In this document: one piece after another, positions 46,970 to 57,343 of the stretch
Position numbering within the stretch: the stretch's first letter is position 1
Layout: each line of letters starts with the position of its first letter
DNA from: an uncultured Bacteroidaceae bacterium
GTDB lineage: Bacteria; Bacteroidota; Bacteroidia; Bacteroidales; GCA-2748055
Reading direction: 5' to 3'
Assembly: GCA_964539395.1 (NCBI GenBank)
Contig: CAZIIU010000014.1
Coordinates: forward strand, 8,304-72,303
Length of the DNA stretch: 64,000 nucleotides
Made by a program: the position numbers and the translations under genes
The notes under the pieces: generated by a model
What the model was told of the DNA's origin: nothing
The model's database searches: none
The model's input: only the letters and a program-made list of their open reading frames with translations

Positions 46970-47815
46970 ATGCAATCCGGCATGACCCAGGACCCTATTT
47001 GCTATTTCAACGGGGAGATGATCCGCTATTCTAAACTGCACCTGCATATCTCCGATCTGCTGATACAACGCGGATACGGCATCTTCGATTTCTTTCGTGC
47101 CAGGAGGGGCGAAATCCCCTGGTTCAGTGACTACACCGATCGGCTTTTCAACTCCATGCATCTGTCGGAAATCGTTCCACCGGTAAGCCGCGATGAGTTC
47201 ACGAAAATAGTCGATGACCTCCGCGAAAGGAACGGACTCGCCAACGGATCATTCAAGGTAATCGCCACCGGCGGCTACTCCGATTCACTCGATTCTGTTT
47301 CCGGAGCGCCAAATTTCCTGGTATTAAACCTCCCCTGGCGGTCCCCGGAAGCAGCGACTTTCCAAAATGGCGTTCCCCTGGTAAGCTACGAATATGTGCG
47401 GCCAAATGCTGAGATTAAAACCCTGAATTATTTTAATACCATGCGTCTCAGGAAAAAAATGCAGAAGTTTGATGCACCCGATGTGCTGTTCCATACAGAC
47501 ACCATTACCGAAGCCTCACGTGCAAACCTCTTTTTCGTCAGGAACGGTGAGGTCATTACACCGGGGAACGATATTCTGTTCGGCGTAACCCGAAAGCAGG
47601 TTCTGTCGCTGTTCGATGGTATACGGGTGGAAAAGGTCCGCTACGGGCAGCTTCACGAATATAACGAGATCTTTATGGCATCGACATCAAAGGATATCAC
47701 CCCCATCGTGGCGGTCGACGGACTCAAAATCGGTAACGGCCGACCCGGTGAATTCACACGTGAAGTACAGGAGGCGTTCCGGTCACGCGACTGGCTACCG
47801 GGTTATAAAGATTGA
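46970..47815 (+). CDS. Class IV PLP aminotransferase (D-amino acid/branched-chain type)
   Basis: RGYGIFDF, IKTLNY, TEASRAN.F, IL.GVTR, F.ASTSK.I.P, G.G.PG. Confidence 0.9.
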   Translation: MQSGMTQDPICYFNGEMIRYSKLHLHISDLLIQRGYGIFDFFRARRGEIPWFSDYTDRLFNSMHLSEIVPPVSRDEFTKIVDDLRERNGLANGSFKVIATGGYSDSLDSVSGAPNFLVLNLPWRSPEAATFQNGVPLVSYEYVRPNAEIKTLNYFNTMRLRKKMQKFDAPDVLFHTDTITEASRANLFFVRNGEVITPGNDILFGVTRKQVLSLFDGIRVEKVRYGQLHEYNEIFMASTSKDITPIVAVDGLKIGNGRPGEFTREVQEAFRSRDWLPGYKD

Positions 47816-47821
47816 ACATGT

Positions 47822-49594
47822 ATGAACAAAAGAAAAATAATACTAAGCTACAGGCAGAAACTGCTGCTGAACTTTTCGGTCATCTTCTCCATTTTCACGG
47901 TTCTGGTGCTGGTGTTCCAGTTTGAAAGGGAAAGGAACTTCAGAATTAGCAATTTCGAAGTCACACTCGATAACATTGCAGAACTTACACATAATTATAT
48001 CCGGCAAAATGATTTGCCTGCTTCAGGAAATTACAACCCAATCGACTCCCTTGCCCGGATCGTTCCCGGGTTCAATATCAGGATCACGCTTATTGCCAGG
48101 GATGGGAAGGTGCTGTACGATAATGAGGTGCCGGATGTCGGCACTATGGAAAACCACCTGCATCGACCGGAAGTAGAGGAGACCCATAAGACCGGAGTTG
48201 GCAGAAACATCAGGAAATCCAGTACTACTGGAAGCAGTTACTACTATTATGTAAAGACATTTCCTGACTACTATATCAGGACTGCATCGTTGTACAATAT
48301 CCAGGTGAAGGATTACCTCCATGTCGAGCGTATCTTCTTCCTCTACCTGCTCTTTCTCTTCATCCTTATAGCACTCACGCTCAGAATACTTACAAGCAGG
48401 GTGTCTCAGACAATTACCAGGCTCAAGGATTTTGCCGTTCAACTCCACAATGGCAGGGAACCGGTTAAACAGATCAGCTTTCCTTCCGATGAGTTGGGGA
48501 TCATCGGCAGCCAGATCACATCAATTTACCGTGAACTTAATGAAGCCAAAGAGCAGATATCCATTGAAAAGGAGAAACTATTCAGTCACCTGAACGCTCT
48601 GAATGAAGGCATCGCCTTTTTCACGTCAAATAAGATAAATATACTAACCAACCAACACTTCATCCAAAACCTGAATTTGGTGTCAAAACGATCGAATATC
48701 ACTCCTGGTGAGATTTTTGAAATCAGGGAGTTATGCCCTATAAACGACTTTATTGACGAGCAGCTGATAAAAACATTTGATTCCGATTCAGCAACTCTGC
48801 CTGTAAAGGAGCTCCTGCTTCAAAACAGCGGCCGGTATTTCAGTGTGAAGTGCATGTTTTTTGCTGACAAAAGTTTCGAGATTCTGATCACGGAAACTAC
48901 CAAATTAGAGAAGCGGCGTCTGATCAAGCAGCAGATGACATCCAACATAGCCCATGAATTAAAAACGCCGGTGACTTCTGTACTTGGCTACCTTGAAACA
49001 CTTCAGCAGGAAGATGTTCCGGAGAATACCAGGAAATACTTTATTGACCGGGCACTTGCACAAGCTGTAAGATTATCGGAGTTGATCTCCGATATATCTT
49101 CGCTAAACAGGATCGAAGAGGCAGGTGAAAACTTTATGTTTGAGCAGGTGAAACTCAGGGAGATTGTGGATGAGGTACATGAACACCTGAAGATAAAACT
49201 TGAAGCACTCCGGATAAGTGTGAATATTGACCTCCCGGAGAACATCACCCTTTTAGGCAATGTTTCATTGCTCTACTCAATCTTCTATAACCTTTTCGAC
49301 AATGTCATTAAATACGGCGGTGAAGGTATAGCGATCAACCTTGTAAATTACCTTGAAGATAAAAAGTACTACTATTTCTCCTTTTCCAATACCGGGAACA
49401 GCATCGACGAGAACCATCTCCCCCGTATTTTCGAGCGGTTTTACCGCATCGACGACGGACGTTCGAGACAGACCGGGGGAACAGGACTCGGCCTCTCCAT
49501 TGTGAAGAATGCCGTTGAACTGCACCAGGGACGAATTACCGCCCGCAACTATAAAGAGGGTGGTGTTGAGTTCCTCTTCTCACTCACGAAATAA
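47822..49594 (+). CDS. PhoR-like sensor histidine kinase
   Basis: 2 TM, RITLI...G.V.YD, MENH..RPEV, NIAHELKTP, NL.DN.IKY, IFERFYR.D..RSR..GGTGLGL.IV. Confidence 0.9.
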   Translation: MNKRKIILSYRQKLLLNFSVIFSIFTVLVLVFQFERERNFRISNFEVTLDNIAELTHNYIRQNDLPASGNYNPIDSLARIVPGFNIRITLIARDGKVLYDNEVPDVGTMENHLHRPEVEETHKTGVGRNIRKSSTTGSSYYYYVKTFPDYYIRTASLYNIQVKDYLHVERIFFLYLLFLFILIALTLRILTSRVSQTITRLKDFAVQLHNGREPVKQISFPSDELGIIGSQITSIYRELNEAKEQISIEKEKLFSHLNALNEGIAFFTSNKINILTNQHFIQNLNLVSKRSNITPGEIFEIRELCPINDFIDEQLIKTFDSDSATLPVKELLLQNSGRYFSVKCMFFADKSFEILITETTKLEKRRLIKQQMTSNIAHELKTPVTSVLGYLETLQQEDVPENTRKYFIDRALAQAVRLSELISDISSLNRIEEAGENFMFEQVKLREIVDEVHEHLKIKLEALRISVNIDLPENITLLGNVSLLYSIFYNLFDNVIKYGGEGIAINLVNYLEDKKYYYFSFSNTGNSIDENHLPRIFERFYRIDDGRSRQTGGTGLGLSIVKNAVELHQGRITARNYKEGGVEFLFSLTK

Positions 49595-49713
49595 TGCAGT
49601 ATTTCTGTTTCCCGCGTTCCATTACTCCAACAGAAACTTTCCATCCTCTGTCCGGAGTATCAATGAATCCACCTTTATGTAAGTCCTGCTACAGGATAAA
49701 ACTGCTGTAAGGA

Positions 49714-49938
49714 TTATCTGGAACGTGACTGAATCAAACGTACCAGTGATGCAGTAAGAATACTGGTACCTGTCTGCACTGCTGCAATCTTCAGGGAATT
49801 CATAAAATATACCCTGAAATTTCGAAAGCTCTCTTTAATTAAATTTTCGTGCAACAGGGCATCATTCCTGAGATTTGCCCTGGCAAGCCTTATATCACTC
49901 TCTGTTCTGAGCCGTGTAAAATCAAATTGTTTTTTCAT
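49714..49938 (-). CDS. Small hypothetical protein (third gene of YtxH/holin triad)
   Basis: Co-oriented, 15 nt downstream of the holin-like gene; basic helical protein. Confidence 0.6.
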   Translation of the reverse strand: MKKQFDFTRLRTESDIRLARANLRNDALLHENLIKESFRNFRVYFMNSLKIAAVQTGTSILTASLVRLIQSRSR

Positions 49939-49953
49939 CTGACAGCACAATTA

Positions 49954-50319
49954 TTACGATGATGCATCATCTCCTGAAAAAAGTATTTTCGAAATATTCT
50001 TTATCAAGCTTCTGCCAAAAATTACTTTTCTTAAAAGAAATACCAGGACGAGGATTAGCAGGAAAAAAACTGCAGAGATCAGGAATCCCTGTGAAATGTT
50101 CCCGGTCCGCTCTCCATACCAGAAGCTAAAAGAAAACATCAGAAAAATGGCCGCTGCAAAAACAGAAAGGATTAAGGAAATAGAGGAAAACAGAAAAAGT
50201 CCTGCCCGGGAAGTCTTCTGCAACAACTCAAGCTTAAAAAGATCCAGCTTTACCTGCAGATAATCTTTCAACACATCTGTAACTGACGAGAGATTTTTGG
50301 ATAAATCTGATTTGGCCAT
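49954..50319 (-). CDS. YqjE-like / phage holin superfamily III membrane protein
   Basis: DYLQ.KLDL.KLE, two TM helices, GFLI...FFL. Confidence 0.75.
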   Translation of the reverse strand: MAKSDLSKNLSSVTDVLKDYLQVKLDLFKLELLQKTSRAGLFLFSSISLILSVFAAAIFLMFSFSFWYGERTGNISQGFLISAVFFLLILVLVFLLRKVIFGRSLIKNISKILFSGDDASS

Positions 50320-50350
50320 AAAGTTACATTTTAAAAATTAATTGTTTCGT

Positions 50351-50680
50351 TTAAGAAGCTGATTTCCTGGCTTGCCGGGCTTTATCCTCAACCTTTGAAG
50401 CGGCCTGTTTTTGTTGTTCAGCTGCCTTTTCCTTCACCTCTTTTTCAAGGTTGGTGATTTTGGTCTTCAGATCATCTACCAAATCATTGAGGTTTTGTTT
50501 CATGTTTTCAACCTGCTCATTCACGTTATCAGTAATGTCTGAAGTAATCTTTTTCGATTTCTTCCTGATATTCTTCCTTGTTTTACTTCCTTTTTCGGGA
50601 GCATAAAGAATACCAATAACTGCACCTGCAGCTGCACCGGTTAAAAACCCCATAAGTGCATTTGATGTTGATTTTTTCAT
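50351..50680 (-). CDS. YtxH domain protein
   Basis: GFL.GAAAGA.IG.LYAPEKG.KTR followed by coiled coil; start MKKST at 50680. Confidence 0.88.
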   Translation of the reverse strand: MKKSTSNALMGFLTGAAAGAVIGILYAPEKGSKTRKNIRKKSKKITSDITDNVNEQVENMKQNLNDLVDDLKTKITNLEKEVKEKAAEQQKQAASKVEDKARQARKSAS

Positions 50681-50901
50681 AATTTGAAATTTTAAAATTT
50701 GAATTCCATTTAATATAGGCATTTTTTTGCGGTAAAAAAAAATATTATCATTTATTAACAGGTACCTGAGCTTTTAAATCTAATCATTCATCCCATAGAA
50801 CATCGGGTATTCCTGCTGCAACTTACTGAAGAGCCGGTTCAACCGGCTATCCGCCCTGATATGGTCAATCGTCTGTTTGTTTTCAGAAACCTGTGATAAA
50901 T

Positions 50902-50938
50902 AAAACAGAGGCTGTCATGATGGACAAGCCTCTGTTTT
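50902..50938 (-). terminator. Rho-independent (possibly bidirectional) terminator downstream of yceI
   Basis: AAAACAGAGGCT...AGCCTCTGTTTT inverted repeat. Confidence 0.65.
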
Positions 50939-50989
50939 AAGAATACTTCGCCCGGACTCCCGGAATTTCAACCTGGATGCAGGCATCCC

Positions 50990-51652
50990 TTAATTCTTCA
51001 TAAACACTACGTCAAATCTAAGGTTGATCATATCACCGATAAAATCATCCGTGAACTCTGCAAAAACTGTTTTTGATTTAAAATTAACGCCCCACAGGGT
51101 TCTGTTAATGGCAAATTCATTGGTCATGGCTTCGACCTTATTATCCCCGACTGAAATTACAGCAGGGAAACTGATGCTCTTGGTTACACCGCGCATGGTA
51201 AGGTTTCCTGTAATTTCATGGGTGGGCTTAACACCAGCCTCTGTTGACATTCCCTCTTTCGCTTCAACTGAAACGATTTCAAATACAGCAACAGGATATT
51301 CTTCCGTGTAGAAGAAATCCTCTGATTTCAGGTGTCCGACAAGCCGGGCGTTCATATCACCCCCGAGATCGAAATTCTCAATTGTATTCAGGTCAATCGT
51401 AATGCTTCCTCCGGTAACAGTACCATTGTCTACCATTACTTTTCCATCAGTTACAGTTACAACTCCGACATGTTCACCTCCCGGTTTCGTACCGCGCCAG
51501 TTAACAACACTGCCATCTTCAGACAACTCATACACTTCACCTGAAGCCTCTTCGGCCTTTTTTGCATCACCTGTCTTTGCCTCTTCGGCACTTTTAGGAT
51601 TGCATGCAAATACCATCACTGCAATAACCGGTATAACAAATATTCTTTTCAT
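50990..51652 (-). CDS. YceI family lipoprotein
   Basis: Lipobox VFAC; S.V.W.G.K..G.H.G, HLKS.DFF....YP...F, GNLT.RG.TK.I.FP, INRT.WG. Confidence 0.9.
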   Translation of the reverse strand: MKRIFVIPVIAVMVFACNPKSAEEAKTGDAKKAEEASGEVYELSEDGSVVNWRGTKPGGEHVGVVTVTDGKVMVDNGTVTGGSITIDLNTIENFDLGGDMNARLVGHLKSEDFFYTEEYPVAVFEIVSVEAKEGMSTEAGVKPTHEITGNLTMRGVTKSISFPAVISVGDNKVEAMTNEFAINRTLWGVNFKSKTVFAEFTDDFIGDMINLRFDVVFMKN

Positions 51653-52074
51653 TGTTTCATCAATTTATAATTTATGTTTTCAATCTGACTGACAACATAG
51701 TATCAATCGAGAATATAATACACCCAAAGGGAAAAATTGTTCACAGTCAGCTGTTCAATTATTGATGACCTTTTCAAAGTATCGGGTCCACAGATTTATA
51801 AGTCAATTTATAGTTGGACACATTCCAAACAACCAGCTTGAATAATTCCGGTTAGCTTAAATTTGCCATCAAAGGCATGGCTCGCAAAATCCCTCTTATC
51901 TCTCTGTGAAAGAATAACTAAATTTGTTTTGTTGCAAACTTCTTTATATTTTTAGGTGAACGTTACAAAATATTTTTTTCTAACAACTACTAAAAGGAAA
52001 GGAGGTGGAGTTTTAATAATCATCCGCGGTATATAAAAATGGAGTTTTTATTAATCATTTAAACAACTAACACT

Positions 52075-53403
52075 ATGAAAACTATTACAATCATTTCTTT
52101 ATGCTTTGTCTCTTTTTTCCTTTCGGCTCAGAATATTGAGCTGAGTTTTACCGGTTCAGGAATGAGTGATATTGTTGCCAGTGTTGAGGCCCTAAATCTT
52201 AATACCGGTGAATCGGTCAGTCTTAGCCAGGGTGATGTATTAACTCTTGTTACCCAGGCAACCGGAATTGATAATCAGATTCCGAATGACGGAGCTTTCC
52301 GCATCTATCCAAATCCCCTGTCAGACGCTTCAAAAATCGAATTCAACAATAAAATATCCGGTACAGTGAATGTTGAGGTATATGATATAACCGGAAAAAA
52401 ACTTCTAAATAACAAGCTGCAATTAAAAACCGGCAGTCATATGTTCAATATTTCAGGATTACGACCTGGCATGTACATTCTGAATGTTATCACCCCCGGT
52501 GAAAAGTTTACGACCAATTTTCTTTCGAATAGCAGATTGTCCGAAAACCCGGCGGTATCTTACCTGGGAAGTAATGCGCTTTCAAATCAGAAACATAACC
52601 TGAAAAAAGTTCAAAGCAGCATTGAATTATCGTTCAACGTAGGTGACCGCATATGGTTGAAGGGTGTCTCAGGTAATTATTCCCGAGTGATAACACTTAT
52701 TCCCACGGTAACCGCCGCTGTAAATTTTGAGTTTGTTGAGTGTCTTGACGGGGAAGGTAATCATTATCCGGTGGTTACAATCGGTAACTGGACTTTTATG
52801 GCTGAGAACCTGAAAACCAGCAAGTACCGTAATGGAGACGACATTGGCACTACAACTCCCGCGACTTTAAATATTGATGCAGAGGATACACCAAAATATC
52901 AATGGCCGGCTAACGGTGAAGAAAGCAATGTTGCAACCTATGGCAGATTGTATACCTGGTTTGCAGTAATGGATGAACGCAGTTTGTGCCCGACAGGCTG
53001 GCATGTGCCCACTGACGAGGAGTGGACCGCGTTTAAGGATTACCTGATTGCCAATGGCTTTAATTATGACGGGACAACTGAAGAGAATAAAATCGCCAAA
53101 TCGTTGGCATCCAGGAGCAACTGGAACGAATATCTGCTTACCGAAGGTGCCGCCGGCAATACAGACTATCCGGGCATGAGAAATGCAACAGGTTTTAACG
53201 CAATACCCGCAGGTCGTCGCATTCGCCAGGGATCATTCGACAGTATGGGCAGTTACAGTAATTTGTGGACCTCTACAGAAACAACAAGTGGTAGTAATCC
53301 GGCATGGTATCACAACATTTACAATCAAAGCATTGCGTTGGGTAGAAGCAACTTGCACAAGAAAACCGCTTATTCTGTCAGATGCATGAAAGATGAATTA
53401 TAA
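52075..53403 (+). CDS. Secreted FISUMP domain protein with internal T9SS type-A sorting-like domain
   Basis: IYPNP...VYDITGK...GL.PG.YIL in the N-terminal half; MAENL, YGRLYTW, LCPTGWHVP, SVRCMKD in the C-terminal half. Confidence 0.85.
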   Translation: MKTITIISLCFVSFFLSAQNIELSFTGSGMSDIVASVEALNLNTGESVSLSQGDVLTLVTQATGIDNQIPNDGAFRIYPNPLSDASKIEFNNKISGTVNVEVYDITGKKLLNNKLQLKTGSHMFNISGLRPGMYILNVITPGEKFTTNFLSNSRLSENPAVSYLGSNALSNQKHNLKKVQSSIELSFNVGDRIWLKGVSGNYSRVITLIPTVTAAVNFEFVECLDGEGNHYPVVTIGNWTFMAENLKTSKYRNGDDIGTTTPATLNIDAEDTPKYQWPANGEESNVATYGRLYTWFAVMDERSLCPTGWHVPTDEEWTAFKDYLIANGFNYDGTTEENKIAKSLASRSNWNEYLLTEGAAGNTDYPGMRNATGFNAIPAGRRIRQGSFDSMGSYSNLWTSTETTSGSNPAWYHNIYNQSIALGRSNLHKKTAYSVRCMKDEL

Positions 53404-53523
53404 AAACCTTCGCGTAAATTATTAAGACAAAAACAGAACTACACCTCATCTTTTTTGTTTAAAGCAGATAATTAACAGTGGTACTGACAATTATTCTGGA
53501 TTAGCTGCTTAAGCCGCAATTTC

Positions 53524-53571
53524 AAACCTATGTGTATGGATGGTTCATATCTCCGGCACATAGGTTTTTTT
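53524..53571 (+). terminator. Putative intrinsic terminator
   Basis: AAACCTATGTG...CACATAGGTTT followed by a T run. Confidence 0.6.
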
Positions 53572-53781
53572 CAACCAGCCCCCGTGACATTTAATTCATG
53601 AATGTCTCTGTATCGGATTGTGAATCTCTCAATCTCAGGCCAATCAGATTATTATTCGACAGAATACACTTTCTTGACACTTTTTTAGCAGGGAATGAGT
53701 TTGTTTTTTTCAACTTTTTGTTTTAAACTTGCCAGCCATATCTTAATAATTACTTAATAAAAATTCTTGGAGGATTCATAT

Positions 53782-54933
53782 ATGTTAACTTTAAGTAAAT
53801 GGATGAAACACTACCTGTTCATCTTCATCTTATTTTTTCCAGTTGTAAGCATTGCAGCAGCAGCCGATTCCCCTGTTATATTGTATACCACCTACACCAG
53901 GGTTGCGGTTCCTCCAGGAGAGACCCTCGATTATCCCATTGCCGTAATGAACAAAAGTAATAAAATACAGTATGTTGACATTAGTGTGTCGGGAATCCCC
54001 AAAGGATGGAATTATGTATTAAAAGGTTCAGGTAAAAATGTAGAACAATATGCCATTCTTCCTAATGAAAACATAAGTGTCAATCTACAGGTGGAAGTGC
54101 CCTGGAACGCGAATAAGGGCTATTATCGATTCAGGGTTTCAGCCGGAAAGTTATTTACACTGCCCCTGGGAGTAACCATCTCGGAACAGGGAACATTTAC
54201 AACGGAATTTACAACCCGGCAAAAAAACATGCAGGGACACGCAGGTGCCTCTTTTACCTTTAATTCAGAAATCAAAAACCGCACTGCCGAAAGTCATTCA
54301 TACGGTCTCAGGGCGCAAAGTCCCCGTGGATGGTCTGTAGTCTTTAAGGCAGATTACAAACAGGTTACCTCTGTACAAACGGACCCGAACAGTACAACTC
54401 CAATCGTTATTGATGTAAAATCGCCGGAAAGAATTGAAGCCGGTACCTATAAAATTCCTGTGAGCGCAGTTTTCGGGACCGCATCGGCAGACCTTGAACT
54501 GGAAGTGGTTATAACAGGATCCTACAATGTGGAGCTTACAACACCAACTGGCAGGGTAAGTGCAAATATCACTGCAGGAGAAGAGAAACGTATTGAACTG
54601 ATTGTGAGAAACCGGGGTACCTCCGGCCTGAATGACATTCGTCTGAACAACAGTGCTCCAAGCAACTGGGAAGTTGCTTTTGAACCTAAAAAAGTTGATT
54701 TTGTTGCTCCCGGGGATGAAGCAAAAGTGGACGCTTTTATTAAAGCGGATAAAAAAGCAATAGCAGGCGATTATATCGTTAATCTTGAGGCCCTGCTCCC
54801 GGAGACCTCTTCCAGGATTCAATACAGAATGTCGGTGAAAACACCGATGCTTTGGGGCTGGATCGGGGTATTGATCATTTTTATTGCATTAGGAAGCGTT
54901 TTATTTCTTTTCCGAAAATATGGAAGGAGGTAA
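53782..54933 (+). CDS. NEW3 (NPCBM-associated) Ig-like repeat protein with C-terminal TM anchor
   Basis: GGAGG RBS; three repeats with P.GW / P.NW motifs, AGDY, C-terminal WGWIG...FRKYGRR. Confidence 0.8.
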   Translation: MLTLSKWMKHYLFIFILFFPVVSIAAAADSPVILYTTYTRVAVPPGETLDYPIAVMNKSNKIQYVDISVSGIPKGWNYVLKGSGKNVEQYAILPNENISVNLQVEVPWNANKGYYRFRVSAGKLFTLPLGVTISEQGTFTTEFTTRQKNMQGHAGASFTFNSEIKNRTAESHSYGLRAQSPRGWSVVFKADYKQVTSVQTDPNSTTPIVIDVKSPERIEAGTYKIPVSAVFGTASADLELEVVITGSYNVELTTPTGRVSANITAGEEKRIELIVRNRGTSGLNDIRLNNSAPSNWEVAFEPKKVDFVAPGDEAKVDAFIKADKKAIAGDYIVNLEALLPETSSRIQYRMSVKTPMLWGWIGVLIIFIALGSVLFLFRKYGRR

Positions 54934-54936
54934 GAG

Positions 54937-55923
54937 GTGGGCAAAAGTATAATCGAACTTGATGCCTTATCGAAGAAGTACGGCTCTTTTACAGCCGTGG
55001 ATGAGCTCTCGCTGACAATTTCCAAAGGGGAGATTTTTGGATTGCTGGGTCCAAACGGTGCGGGAAAGTCAACAACCATCCTGATGATACTTGGCCTGAC
55101 AGAACCTACATCCGGGTCGGTGCATGTATGTGGCATCAGTTCAACCAATAACCCTATTGAGGTGAAGAGAAGGGTCGGATATCTCCCGGAAGATGTTGGG
55201 TTTTATGATGATCTTACCGGGCTGGAGAATCTTATGTTTACCGCCAGGCTGAACAGCATAAAGCGTAACGAGGTAAGGGAAAAATCCGAATCGCTGCTTA
55301 AACGTGTCGGACTCGAAGATAATATGAATAAAAAAGCGGGGAAATACTCCCGGGGCATGAGACAGCGTTTAGGTCTGGCTGATGTGCTTATCAAAGATCC
55401 CGAGGTAATAATTTTAGACGAACCAACGCTGGGGATAGATCCCACAGGCGTGAATGAGTTTCTTGAGTTAATTGTTAAATTAAGTAAAGATGAAGGAATC
55501 ACCGTATTGATTTCTTCTCACCATCTGCACCAAATACAGCAAATATGCGACCGTGTCGGTCTGTTTATAAGGGGTAAACTGATTGCTGAAGGCGATGTTC
55601 AGACACTTTCAAAAGTTCTTTTTTCCAACGAACTTTTTTCCATTACTGCCGGGGTGACAATGCCGGAATTTGATGAAAACTCCTCACCCGGAAAAGTAAT
55701 CACCCTGGAAACCCTTGAATCAAAACTCAAAAAAATTGAAGGGGTAAAGTCTCTGACAACAAAAAACAACATCATGGAGATCAGCTGTGCCACCGATGCT
55801 GCACCCGGCATCGCGAAGGTAATAGTTGAGTCGGGGGTATCTCTCAATTACCTCCATAAAAAGGAATACGGACTTAACGAAATATATCAACGATACTTCG
55901 AAGGGAGTTTAAACGATGAGTGA
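54937..55923 (+). CDS. ABC transporter ATP-binding protein (ABC-2 type)
   Basis: GPNGAGKST, YSRGMRQR, ILDEPT, SSH. Confidence 0.92.
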   Translation: MGKSIIELDALSKKYGSFTAVDELSLTISKGEIFGLLGPNGAGKSTTILMILGLTEPTSGSVHVCGISSTNNPIEVKRRVGYLPEDVGFYDDLTGLENLMFTARLNSIKRNEVREKSESLLKRVGLEDNMNKKAGKYSRGMRQRLGLADVLIKDPEVIILDEPTLGIDPTGVNEFLELIVKLSKDEGITVLISSHHLHQIQQICDRVGLFIRGKLIAEGDVQTLSKVLFSNELFSITAGVTMPEFDENSSPGKVITLETLESKLKKIEGVKSLTTKNNIMEISCATDAAPGIAKVIVESGVSLNYLHKKEYGLNEIYQRYFEGSLNDE

Positions 55924-56974
55924 TGCACATCAAGTAAGAGGAAAGATGAATAACGAAGTTCAGGCTGGCAGAAAAAAACTGCTGAATATAAATAAACTGC
56001 TTCTTTTTTTTACATTGAAGGATGAAATAATTCATCCCTTTTGGGTGATCGTGAAAAAAGAGATTTCCGATCATGTCAAAAGCTGGAGATTCAACATAAT
56101 ATTCGGAATCATTGTCCTTACCTGCCTCGGATCTCTGTATACCGCATTAACAAATGTTACTAAAATCAGTGAAACAGACGGACTGGAAGAAACGTACTTC
56201 TTTTTACGACTCTTTACCATCACCGATGGTACTATGCCATCTTTCATAGTTTTTATAGGATTCCTGGGCCCATTGCTCGGAATTAGCCTTGGATTTGATG
56301 CTGTCAACTCTGAGCAGAATAAGGGTACACTCAGCCGGATTATGTCACAACCCATTCACCGTGATTACCTTATTAATGCTAAATTTTTGTCTGCCCTTAT
56401 TGTTATCAGTGTTATGTTTTTCTCACTTGGTTTTTTGGTCATAGGGACAGGCATACTTACTTTTGGGATTCCTCCGACATTCGAAGAATTTATACGGATT
56501 ATCTGTTTTATTCTGCTCAGTATTTTTTATGTTGCTTTTTGGCTTAACCTATCGATCCTGTTTTCGGTGCGATTCCGGCAGGCGGCTACTTCAGCACTGG
56601 CAGGCATTGCAATATGGCTTTTCTTCAGCGTATTTTTCGGGATGATCGTGAATCTTATTGCAAAGGCTACAATGCCCTCTGAAATGGCATCTCCGCAAAA
56701 TATAATCAATTACCAGAGATTTATTCTGAACCTCCTCAGGCTGGTCCCCAGTCATTTATTCGAGGAAGCAACCACTACACTGCTTGTGCCTTCAGTGAAA
56801 AGTCTCGGGCCACTGACATATGAACAAATTGAAGGAACCATACCTAGTCCCCTGCCATTGGGTCAGAGCATTTTACTTGTCTGGCCACAGCTTACAGGAC
56901 TTATTGCAGCCACTATTACATGTTTTGCATTGTCGTATGTGTCTTTTATGCGCAGGGAAATCAGATCTAGGTAA
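55916..56974 (+). CDS. ABC-2/NosY-like permease
   Basis: KEISDH, LGFDAVNSE..KGTL..IMSQPI.R....AK, multiple TM helices. Confidence 0.88.
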   Translation: MSDAHQVRGKMNNEVQAGRKKLLNINKLLLFFTLKDEIIHPFWVIVKKEISDHVKSWRFNIIFGIIVLTCLGSLYTALTNVTKISETDGLEETYFFLRLFTITDGTMPSFIVFIGFLGPLLGISLGFDAVNSEQNKGTLSRIMSQPIHRDYLINAKFLSALIVISVMFFSLGFLVIGTGILTFGIPPTFEEFIRIICFILLSIFYVAFWLNLSILFSVRFRQAATSALAGIAIWLFFSVFFGMIVNLIAKATMPSEMASPQNIINYQRFILNLLRLVPSHLFEEATTTLLVPSVKSLGPLTYEQIEGTIPSPLPLGQSILLVWPQLTGLIAATITCFALSYVSFMRREIRSR

Positions 56975-57343
56975 AAGTTCGAAAATACACACATTAAATG
57001 CAGAAACACGATCCGGGCTCGATCCCAATATAATTTTAACTGATTAACCCGGATACACTTCTTAATCCGGATATGCGACAATTTAAAATGATTAAACATT
57101 ATAAACATGAAAAGATCATCTGCAACACGGAAAAACTGTATTTCTTGCCGTGTAAATGCGGGTTTTTCAATCAGCATTTTCAACAAAACCGGTAAAATCG
57201 ATCTATTTTATGACCCTCTGTACAAATTATTTTTATGTTAATTTTTTTTTAACCAAAAATTAATTATACTTGTACCCTGATGCAGTAACCACCGAACAAG
57301 TTAAACTACTATAGAAAACAGAAAACCTATAAACTACAGAATT

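Noticed and set aside
49954-50319. Prophage suggested by a holin-like gene
   Set aside because: No endolysin, integrase or structural phage genes; context is the chromosomal YtxH triad.
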